IMG/VR virus record: IMGVR_UViG_3300034106_004022
Coordinates: 62,001-126,000 of that record
Length of the DNA: 64,000 bases
Strand: one strand, 5' to 3'
Source: an uncultured virus (IMG/VR IMGVR_UViG_3300034106_004022)
Taxonomy: Duplodnaviria; Heunggongvirae; Uroviricota; Caudoviricetes
The notes under the pieces were generated by a model. That model was not told the origin of the DNA. It worked only from the letters and a program-made list of their open reading frames with translations, and made no database searches. This document shows, piece by piece, positions 9,960-17,796 of this stretch (position 1 is the first letter of the stretch; each line of letters begins with the position of its first letter). The position numbers were made by a program, and so were the translations under genes.

Positions 9960-10373
9960 ATGAGTACATTCACATATTTAAATAATTGCATCAAAACTGA
10001 TATTGCACCAAGCCCAATACATGGAATTGGTACATTTGCTCTTAGAGATATCAAAGCCGGTGAATCATTATTTGAAAGATGGGATGGGGAAACTGGAACA
10101 TATACAATAACCCATTTAGAATTTGAACAACTACCAATATATGTTAAACGCATAATACTTAAATCATACGAAAATAAAAGGGGTGAATACCCCTTTGTAT
10201 GGTTTAAATTATATAATGATGGATATTTTAATTTAGTAAATCCATTGGCATATACAAACACATTAGGTGTTGAAAGGGCTAACTTCAACACTCAAAATAA
10301 AATAGCAATTACACACATTAAAGCAGGTGAAGAATTATTCGGAACCTACGATTTAGATAGCACAATATTATGA
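9960..10373 (+). CDS. SET-domain protein (lysine methyltransferase-like)
   Basis: SPIHGIGTFALRDIKAGE ... IKAGEELFGTY. Confidence 0.8.
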   Translation: MSTFTYLNNCIKTDIAPSPIHGIGTFALRDIKAGESLFERWDGETGTYTITHLEFEQLPIYVKRIILKSYENKRGEYPFVWFKLYNDGYFNLVNPLAYTNTLGVERANFNTQNKIAITHIKAGEELFGTYDLDSTIL

Positions 10374-10678
10374 ATTTTGATGAATTAATACAAAACGTAA
10401 AAGGATGGGCTGATGCTAAGGATATCCTAAAAGCAGAAAACGCACCCAAACAATTGATGAAAGTGATGGAAGAGTTGGGTGAAACCGCTGGAGCAATCGC
10501 AAAGAACAAAAAAACAGAAGAAATCCAAGATGGGATTGGTGATACATTTGTAACATTAATCATATTAGCATATCAGTTGGGATTAGAACCAGCTGAATGT
10601 TTAGAGCATGCTTGGAATGAAATTAAGAATAGAAAAGGAAATACTGTTAATGGTGTTTTCATAAAAGAAGAGAATTAA
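10370..10678 (+). CDS. MazG-like NTP pyrophosphohydrolase
   Basis: KVMEELGE, DGIGDTFVTLII, AWNEIKNRKG. Confidence 0.88.
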   Translation: MNFDELIQNVKGWADAKDILKAENAPKQLMKVMEELGETAGAIAKNKKTEEIQDGIGDTFVTLIILAYQLGLEPAECLEHAWNEIKNRKGNTVNGVFIKEEN

Positions 10679-10679
10679 A

Positions 10680-12461
10680 ATGGCTAAAAATTACGGAGAA
10701 GATTTAGGTTGGGAATTGGGAGTAGATTTTCCAGAATGGGGAAATACCGAAATCTATGTAAAAACTATTAGTAAAGGGTATTTGCTAGCTGGAGAGAAAC
10801 CAAAAGATGCATATTGGAGAGTTTCTACTAAAGTAGCACAACGATTAAACAAACCACAATTGGCATCAAAGTTTTTTGATTACATTTGGAAAGGTTGGTT
10901 AAACTTGGCTACACCTGTTTTATCAAACACTGGAACTGATAGGGGTTTACCTATATCTTGTTTCGGAATTGATGTAGCTGATTCAATATTTGATATTGGT
11001 ACTAAGAATTTAGAACTAATGTTATTAGCAAAACATGGTGGTGGGGTTGGAATTGGTATTAATCAAATTAGACCAGCTGGAGCACAAATTACTGGAAATG
11101 GAACATCTGATGGTGTAATTCCATTTACAAAAATCTATGATTCAACCATACTTGCCACAAATCAGGGTTCAGTTCGTAGGGGAGCAGCATCTGTTAACCT
11201 AAACATTGACCATAAAGATTTTGAAGATTGGTTAGAGATTAGAGAACCAAAAGGTGATGTAAATCGCCAATCACTTAACCTACACCAATGTGCAGTAGTA
11301 GGTGATAAGTTTATGAGAAAGTTGGAAAACGGAGATGAAGAAGCTCGTAGAAAATGGGGTAAATTACTTCAGAAACGTAAAGCAACTGGAGAACCTTATA
11401 TTATGTTTAAGGGTAATGTTAATAAACAAAACCCAGAGATGTACAAAGTTAATGGATTGAAAGTTCATATGACAAACATATGTTCTGAAATCGCTCTTCA
11501 TACTGATGAATCACATTCATTTGTATGTTGTTTATCATCTTTAAACTTAGCTAAGTACGATGAGTGGAAAGATACTGATTTAGTATATACCGCAACTTGG
11601 TTTTTAGATGGAGTTCTTTCAGAATTTATCCAAAAAGCTAAAAACTTAAAAGGATTTGAAAACTCAGTTCGTTCTGCTGAAAAAGGTAGAGCATTGGGAT
11701 TAGGTGTATTAGGATGGCACACTTATTTACAACAAAGGGGTATTCCATTTGAAGGAATGATTGCACAATTTGAAACTCGTAAGATTTTCTCTCAATTAAA
11801 GATTGAATCTGAAAGAGCAAGTAGAGATATGGCAGTTGAATTGGGTGAACCTTTATGGTGTAGAGATAGTGGGTTTAGAAATACACACTTAAGAGCAATT
11901 GCACCAACGGTATCAAACTCTAAATTGAGTGGTGATGTATCTGCTGGTATTGAACCTTGGGCAGCTAACGTATTTACGGAACAAACTGCTAAAGGAACTT
12001 TTATTCGTAAGAATGGTGAATTGGAAAGGGTTTTTAAAAAAATAGGAATCAATACAAAAGAAATTTGGGATAAAATTATGGCAGATGGAGGTTCAATTCA
12101 GGATATTAATGAATTGAATGAATGGAGATTCTTAAATGGTAAAGTATTAAAGAAAGAAGATATATCTGAATTAGATTACGAAAAATCATTTAATATTAAG
12201 GATGTATTTAAAACATTCAAAGAAATAAATCAATTAGAATTGGTTAGACAAGCTGGAATTAGACAGCAGTATATTGACCAAGCGGTTTCATTAAATTTGG
12301 CATTCCCATCTACCGCAACACCAAAATGGATACATACTGTAAGTATGGAAGCATGGAAGCAAGGTGTTAAAACACTTTATTATATGAGAACTGAATCAGT
12401 ACTCAGAGGTGATATTGCTGATAGAGCAATGGATATTGATTGCTTGAGTTGTGATGGATAG
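10680..12461 (+). CDS. nrdA: class I ribonucleotide reductase alpha subunit (no ATP-cone)
   Basis: PISCF, GGGVG, TNICSEI, CCLSSLNL, APTVSNS, KTLYY, C-terminal CLSCDG. Confidence 0.95.
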   Translation: MAKNYGEDLGWELGVDFPEWGNTEIYVKTISKGYLLAGEKPKDAYWRVSTKVAQRLNKPQLASKFFDYIWKGWLNLATPVLSNTGTDRGLPISCFGIDVADSIFDIGTKNLELMLLAKHGGGVGIGINQIRPAGAQITGNGTSDGVIPFTKIYDSTILATNQGSVRRGAASVNLNIDHKDFEDWLEIREPKGDVNRQSLNLHQCAVVGDKFMRKLENGDEEARRKWGKLLQKRKATGEPYIMFKGNVNKQNPEMYKVNGLKVHMTNICSEIALHTDESHSFVCCLSSLNLAKYDEWKDTDLVYTATWFLDGVLSEFIQKAKNLKGFENSVRSAEKGRALGLGVLGWHTYLQQRGIPFEGMIAQFETRKIFSQLKIESERASRDMAVELGEPLWCRDSGFRNTHLRAIAPTVSNSKLSGDVSAGIEPWAANVFTEQTAKGTFIRKNGELERVFKKIGINTKEIWDKIMADGGSIQDINELNEWRFLNGKVLKKEDISELDYEKSFNIKDVFKTFKEINQLELVRQAGIRQQYIDQAVSLNLAFPSTATPKWIHTVSMEAWKQGVKTLYYMRTESVLRGDIADRAMDIDCLSCDG

Positions 12462-12486
12462 AATAAACAATTAAAACAAAAAGAAG

Positions 12487-12750
12487 ATGTTAGAAGTAAA
12501 GAAATTTTATGGAACTTGGTGTGGACCGTGTAAAATGTTAACACCAACGATTGAACGATTAAAAGAACAACATAGTGATGTTACTTTTAGAGATATTGAT
12601 GTTGATAAAGATTTTGAGGCAGCATCTCAATACTCAGTTCGTAGTATTCCATTAGTGGTTATTGAAAAAAACGGAAAAGAAGTACAACGATTTTCTGGAG
12701 TTCAATCTGAAATGGCATATACAAACGCAATTAATGAATGGAAAAATTAA
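12487..12750 (+). CDS. trxA: thioredoxin
   Basis: WCGPC, VRSIP. Confidence 0.95.
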   Translation: MLEVKKFYGTWCGPCKMLTPTIERLKEQHSDVTFRDIDVDKDFEAASQYSVRSIPLVVIEKNGKEVQRFSGVQSEMAYTNAINEWKN

Positions 12751-12759
12751 TATAAAAAA

Positions 12760-12963
12760 ATGCCAATACTAAGAGGTCAGTCTCACCCGTCATCAAAATT
12801 GACAGATGAGCAGGTTATACAAATAAGAAGGTTATGGAAAATGGGACACCGAAATGTTAGAGTAATTGCTCAAAACAACAAATGTTCCTCAGCCAATATT
12901 CTAAGAATTGTGAGAAATGAGACATGGACACACTTAAATGAATTTTGGACTGGTAGTTTATGA
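12760..12963 (+). CDS. small HTH DNA-binding protein resembling the C-terminal domain of HNH homing endonucleases
   Basis: RGQSHPSSKLTDEQVIQIR...IVRNETWTHL. Confidence 0.6.
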   Translation: MPILRGQSHPSSKLTDEQVIQIRRLWKMGHRNVRVIAQNNKCSSANILRIVRNETWTHLNEFWTGSL

Positions 12964-13727
12964 AAGAAAACAAACAATATTGCGATACTTCAAAGCTATC
13001 AATTAGATTAATAACCAAATCGGTAGCAAAGGATATTATAGTAAACAATCATTATAGTGGTTTGTGGACTAAAGTATCCTATGCTATTGGTTTATTTACC
13101 TCTGAAGTAGAAGAGCATACATTCTTTAGTAATGTAGAAGATAAATTAATTGGAGTTGCTTGTTATGGTGACCCAATAGGTAGAAGTGCTGGGCAATCAA
13201 TTACACCCCTATTAGAACGGGATGAGGTATTAGAATTAACTCGATTATTTGTATTTGATGGTTATGGTTCTAATATTGAAAGTTGGTTCCTATCTCAAAC
13301 ATTTGATTGGTTAAGAGAAAATGTACCAAACATTAAAGCACTAATATCATATTCAGACCCGAAAGAAGGACATTGTGGTACTATATATCAAGCCACAAAT
13401 TGGTTGTATCAGGGTAACAAACTAAGATTTAACGATAGTTGGGATTTTCGATGGGAAGAAGATGGTGATTGGCACCACCAACGAACATCTTATGTCAAAT
13501 TTGGAACTAACAATCCAACTGAAATCCAAAAGATAGCATCATCTACGTTTTGGATACGAAAGAACCCAAGAAAACATAGATATGTGTATATTCTCTCAAA
13601 AGGTGGCGAACGTAGGAAACTTATGAAAACCATAAAGCACCCATTATTCCCATATCCAAAGGAAAATGAGGAATTTATAGAACAAATTACAAAAATGGAA
13701 CCGATTAATTTGGAAATATCAAATTAA
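12960..13727 (+). CDS. Mom-like GNAT DNA-modification protein, copy 1
   Basis: NNHYS, LELTRL, LISYSDPKEGHCGTIYQATNWLYQG, KHRYVY. Confidence 0.8.
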   Translation: MKENKQYCDTSKLSIRLITKSVAKDIIVNNHYSGLWTKVSYAIGLFTSEVEEHTFFSNVEDKLIGVACYGDPIGRSAGQSITPLLERDEVLELTRLFVFDGYGSNIESWFLSQTFDWLRENVPNIKALISYSDPKEGHCGTIYQATNWLYQGNKLRFNDSWDFRWEEDGDWHHQRTSYVKFGTNNPTEIQKIASSTFWIRKNPRKHRYVYILSKGGERRKLMKTIKHPLFPYPKENEEFIEQITKMEPINLEISN

Positions 13728-13740
13728 TTTCGTATATTTG
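13709..13740 (+). promoter_or_regulatory. Bacteroidetes-type promoter
   Basis: TTTG-N20-TATATTTG. Confidence 0.85.
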
Positions 13741-13757
13741 TTTTATAAATTAAATAT

Positions 13758-13961
13758 ATGGCTAGGAAACCTATAAAGTTTTTTCCACTAACAAATGAGT
13801 TAAGGGAACTTTTGAAACTTATAAAGACTATTGGTGGAGATTATCCACATCAACAATTAGTTGATTTCACATTACGTTCAGGTCATTACCACCCAAAAGA
13901 TAAGGTGTGGTTAAACAAAGTAAGAGAGCATTATATTAATACAACAATCAAATTAAATTAG
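13758..13961 (+). CDS. hypothetical protein
   Basis: ORF downstream of promoter. Confidence 0.6.
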   Translation: MARKPIKFFPLTNELRELLKLIKTIGGDYPHQQLVDFTLRSGHYHPKDKVWLNKVREHYINTTIKLN

Positions 13962-13963
13962 TT

Positions 13964-14116
13964 ATGACAGCAGAGGAGCAAATTGAAGAAATCTTAATGG
14001 AGGCATCCGCATTTGGTTTACGTTTTGAAGTAATAGAAACTGCAAAACAATATCAATCTGAAGGAGTGGATAAGGTAACCGCATTTGAAAACGCATTTAA
14101 TGAGTGGGTAAAGTAA
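13964..14116 (+). CDS. small hypothetical protein (50 aa, MTAEEQIEE...)
   Basis: ORF read by eye; fills the gap exactly. Confidence 0.65.
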   Translation: MTAEEQIEEILMEASAFGLRFEVIETAKQYQSEGVDKVTAFENAFNEWVK

Positions 14117-14117
14117 A

Positions 14118-14921
14118 ATGAAAGAAGAAGGTAAACATTATGTTGATGCCAGTAGAGTAAGTGTAGCTCCTATTGCTAAATCTATCGCTAAAGATATGAT
14201 TGTTAAAAAACACTACACTCATGCTTGGACAGCATGTAGATACGCATTGGGTATCTATTATAGAGAAGATGAAACATCAGTTGGGTTTTCAGATAACAAA
14301 TTAGTTGGAGTAGCAGTTTATGGGTTCCCTGTTGGAGCCAAAGCACCAACATCGGTATGTGATGGGTTAACAAAAGATAACATCTTAGAACTTACCCGTT
14401 TGTATGTTGATGATGGATATGGTTCAAATATTGAAAGTTGTGCATTAGGTAAAACATTCCAATGGATTAGAGAAAATGATACTAATATTAAAGTATTACT
14501 ATCATACGCTAATAATGGACAAGGACACGTTGGTGGGATATACAAAGCTACCAATTGGATTTATCAGGGATTAAATACTGATATTGCATTGATGCCAAAT
14601 TGGGGAATTTCATTAATTAATGACCCATTCGATTGGATTCATAGTAGGACAGTTTATAATAACTGGGGAAGTGGTAATTTGGAGCATCTTAGAAAGGAAA
14701 TTGGAAAGGATGGATATAAGGAGTTTTGGAGAAGAGAAGAACCACCAAAACATAGGTATATTCAAATATTACCCCAAAATAAGAAGGAGAGAAAGGACTT
14801 GATGGGTAGATTAAAACATCCAATACAGCCATATCCAAAGGATTTAAACGATTATAATACCGAAGTAGTACATCACACTACATACGCACCAGAAGAGAGT
14901 AATGACATCAATTTTTGGTAA
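14118..14921 (+). CDS. Mom-like GNAT DNA-modification protein, copy 2
   Basis: KKHYT, LELTRL, LLSYANNGQGHVGGIYKATNWIYQG, KHRY. Confidence 0.8.
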   Translation: MKEEGKHYVDASRVSVAPIAKSIAKDMIVKKHYTHAWTACRYALGIYYREDETSVGFSDNKLVGVAVYGFPVGAKAPTSVCDGLTKDNILELTRLYVDDGYGSNIESCALGKTFQWIRENDTNIKVLLSYANNGQGHVGGIYKATNWIYQGLNTDIALMPNWGISLINDPFDWIHSRTVYNNWGSGNLEHLRKEIGKDGYKEFWRREEPPKHRYIQILPQNKKERKDLMGRLKHPIQPYPKDLNDYNTEVVHHTTYAPEESNDINFW

Positions 14922-14926
14922 AATAC

Positions 14927-14951
14927 TAACTTATTGATAATCAATTAGTTA
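14927..14951. repeat. 25-bp near-perfect palindrome
   Basis: taacttattgat-a-atcaattagtta (1 mismatch). Confidence 0.8.
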
Positions 14952-14970
14952 TAAAATAATTAAAAAACAT

Positions 14971-15001
14971 TTTGCTATATGAATTATAATTCGTATCTTA
15001 G
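14971..15001 (+). promoter_or_regulatory. Bacteroidetes-type promoter variant
   Basis: TTTG-N19-TATCTTAG with the shared TTCG before the -7 element. Confidence 0.65.
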
Positions 15002-15013
15002 TGTTATAAAGAT

Positions 15014-15085
15014 AGGGTAAGAACTCACCCTTATATGAGTTCAAAATAAACAATGTGGTAAAGGTATCACCACAACAACGATACC
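15014..15085 (+). ncRNA. tandem pair of H-type pseudoknots (structured leader or small RNA)
   Basis: PK1 agggt-aa-gaactc-accct-tatat-gagttc; PK2 tgtggt-aaa-ggtatc-accaca-acaac-gatacc; all stems Watson-Crick. Confidence 0.75.
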
Positions 15086-15103
15086 AAAAAAAATTAAATT
15101 ATT

Positions 15104-16627
15104 ATGGCTATTAAAAAATCAATTAGCGCAAAAGTTCTTTCTGGTGGAACTCTAAACAAACTAAGAGAAATGTCCCCTTATATTTATGTGGATAAGCATC
15201 AATTACAAAGATTGCTTGATAAGTGGGAGGATACAACATCAGCAAAACATATGAAAGCGTGTTTAATTGGACACTCAAATATCTACACAATTGTATTAGT
15301 AAGTATTGATGGATGTTTAGACTATTGTGAATCATTGATATCTCAATATTCTGAAGGAGATGACAGATATGAATCTGTTAAAGAAACAATTGATTACTTA
15401 CAAAACCTAACAAAGTTAGGATATCGTTATCTAAATATAGATGGTCAACATAGAGTGGAATGTTATTCTGACTATTTAAATTCCAAATTTACAATTACAG
15501 AATCAGTAATTGATTTAATCGAAAGTAAAGATGGTAATACAATACCATTTGAAATGAAAGGTATATATTTCAAAGATATGCCGGAACTTACTCAAAAGCA
15601 AGTATTGGATTTACCAATTACAATTGTATTAGTTGAAAAAGCAACTTTGCAGGATATGGTTGATATTACAATCTATACCAATATCGGAGAACCTTGGAAT
15701 GATAATGAACGAAGAATTATCATACCATCTCAATTCAATAGATTCCTACATTCATTTATGAATAATAACCCATTATTAACAGCAATGTTTAATAATACAA
15801 AGAATCTATCAAGCGATTACTCTCTTTTGAAAAAGGGTGATGCACTTATAATAGCTGAATGGTTTGCATATTATTACAACGTATTGGAGGGTAACATATA
15901 TAGTTGGCCAAAGAATTCTATGTTAGATACTATGGCTTCAATTGAAGGATTACCAAAACATAGTAAAAAGAGAATGAATGATACTAAATCATTAATCAGT
16001 AAATCGATAGAATTAGCAAATTCAGCCGGAGATGTTAAATTTGAAAGAACATTCTTAGATAACTTATTTATATTAATGACGGTATTGAATACTCCATCTC
16101 ACCCAATGAATAATAAAGATAAGGAGATAAAAATTAATAGTTATAAAAAGTTTATCGATTGGTTTGCAAAAACTGAAGCAACTTTGAGAAAGGAAGATGA
16201 ATTCCTTATAGACCCGGCAACTGGAAAAGATTATGTACATCCTATTACTGGTAAGAAATCAACAAACGCCGAATCATTTAAAAGAAAATGTGGAGCTAAG
16301 AAAACGGATGATATACAAATTCGTTCTACTATGATTATGGAAAAGTTTTATAAAAGTTATGATAAACTTTTCGCTAGTGGTGTTATTACTTTAATTGATA
16401 CTACAAACTATACTAAAAAACAAAAATTAAACGCAGCAATTCAAAATGATTGGATTGATGCTGATGGGAATGAGTTCACATTTGAGCAACTAATGGGTAC
16501 TAATTCAATTATGGAAGGTGACCATATTGATGCTAGAGCAAGTGGTAATGAAACTACTATACAAAATTTAGTAATCAGAAATAAAACATCAAATATCAGA
16601 AAATCAAATAAAGCAATTTTAAAATAA
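15104..16627 (+). CDS. DUF262/ParB-like N-domain plus C-terminal HNH nuclease (GmrSD-like architecture)
   Basis: NIDGQHR motif; C-terminal EGDHIDARASGNETTIQNL...SNIRKSN. Confidence 0.7.
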   Translation: MAIKKSISAKVLSGGTLNKLREMSPYIYVDKHQLQRLLDKWEDTTSAKHMKACLIGHSNIYTIVLVSIDGCLDYCESLISQYSEGDDRYESVKETIDYLQNLTKLGYRYLNIDGQHRVECYSDYLNSKFTITESVIDLIESKDGNTIPFEMKGIYFKDMPELTQKQVLDLPITIVLVEKATLQDMVDITIYTNIGEPWNDNERRIIIPSQFNRFLHSFMNNNPLLTAMFNNTKNLSSDYSLLKKGDALIIAEWFAYYYNVLEGNIYSWPKNSMLDTMASIEGLPKHSKKRMNDTKSLISKSIELANSAGDVKFERTFLDNLFILMTVLNTPSHPMNNKDKEIKINSYKKFIDWFAKTEATLRKEDEFLIDPATGKDYVHPITGKKSTNAESFKRKCGAKKTDDIQIRSTMIMEKFYKSYDKLFASGVITLIDTTNYTKKQKLNAAIQNDWIDADGNEFTFEQLMGTNSIMEGDHIDARASGNETTIQNLVIRNKTSNIRKSNKAILK

Positions 16628-16632
16628 AATGG

Positions 16633-17754
16633 ATGAGAGTATTAGTAATACCTAATTACACAAATTTTGGTATGGCAAAAGACATCAATAGGGATTCGTT
16701 CCTATTGGTGTTTAAGTCATTTTTAGACAACACCGAAATAGGAAAAGAATGGGAATGGATTCTCCCATACCCAGATTTAAATAACCACCCTGGTATAATC
16801 AATCAATTTGAATATCCCAATGTTAAGTTGGTTAAAATGGATGGATTGGATTGTTTTCCACCAAAAATGAGAGTAGATTATCCCAATAATTTCTTCAACC
16901 GAATTATTGAAAAATATAATGGTGAATTTAATCTAATTTGGTCACATTTACCTGAATGGACTAATGAGTTTAAAATTACTCGTATTTACAATAAAACACA
17001 ACCTATTATTGGTTATTGTCATTGGTGGGAAATTAAAGATAATGGTGCTAGAGATGATAATTCATTTTGGAGAAATGTGAAAGGCATGTTACAAATGAAG
17101 GTTTGTGGTGTAAACTCACAATGGGTTAAAGATTTGGTTATTAAAAGAGCAAAAGAAACATTTAAATCGCATATTACTGATAAGTTAGAAGAGATTATTC
17201 AACCTTGGTATTTAGGATGCGATTCAGCAACACCAACTCAAACATATAAACCAAAAACTATTGTGTTTAATCATAGAGAAGGTGTATATACAGGTTCAGA
17301 TTGGTTTTTTGAAACTATGGATAACCTATGGAAAGAAAGACAAGATTTTGAAGTTTGGACTTCCTTAAACAATATGAATAAACCATATACCAAATATATT
17401 GGACATGCTGATAGGAATGTTTATATGAATCAATTAGCAGAAGCTCATTTTGGTGTAGGAACGTTTCAAGGTTATTCAGCATGGAGTATGAGTGCAACTG
17501 ATGGGTTAAGTAGAGGTGTACCTTATTTACTACCTAATGATTTTTGTTACCCTGAAATGGTTGGTAACGAATACCCACTTCTTTACAATGGAAAAAAAGA
17601 ATTTAAAGAAATGGTTGTTAAATTATTAGATGGTGAAATTGAAAGACCTGATATAACTCACATTGCTCAATCACTATTATGGGAATCTCAACTTAAAAGT
17701 TGGAAAATCGAAGAAAACTTCGTAAATAATGCGAGAAATACTTTTGATAAGTAA
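16633..17754 (+). CDS. GT-B glycosyltransferase, possibly DNA-modifying
   Basis: IVFNHR, WSMSATDGLSRGVPYLLP..FCYPEM; directly upstream of DNA polymerase. Confidence 0.7.
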   Translation: MRVLVIPNYTNFGMAKDINRDSFLLVFKSFLDNTEIGKEWEWILPYPDLNNHPGIINQFEYPNVKLVKMDGLDCFPPKMRVDYPNNFFNRIIEKYNGEFNLIWSHLPEWTNEFKITRIYNKTQPIIGYCHWWEIKDNGARDDNSFWRNVKGMLQMKVCGVNSQWVKDLVIKRAKETFKSHITDKLEEIIQPWYLGCDSATPTQTYKPKTIVFNHREGVYTGSDWFFETMDNLWKERQDFEVWTSLNNMNKPYTKYIGHADRNVYMNQLAEAHFGVGTFQGYSAWSMSATDGLSRGVPYLLPNDFCYPEMVGNEYPLLYNGKKEFKEMVVKLLDGEIERPDITHIAQSLLWESQLKSWKIEENFVNNARNTFDK

Positions 17755-17773
17755 AAAAATTATCGTATATTTG
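17743..17773 (+). promoter_or_regulatory. Bacteroidetes-type promoter
   Basis: TTTG-N19-TATATTTG. Confidence 0.75.
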
Positions 17774-17796
17774 TAGAACAATTAAATAAAAGAAAT

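Noticed and set aside
15014..15085. Frameshift or readthrough pseudoknot
   Set aside because: It lies in a non-coding leader right after a promoter, with no upstream ORF or slippery site running into it.
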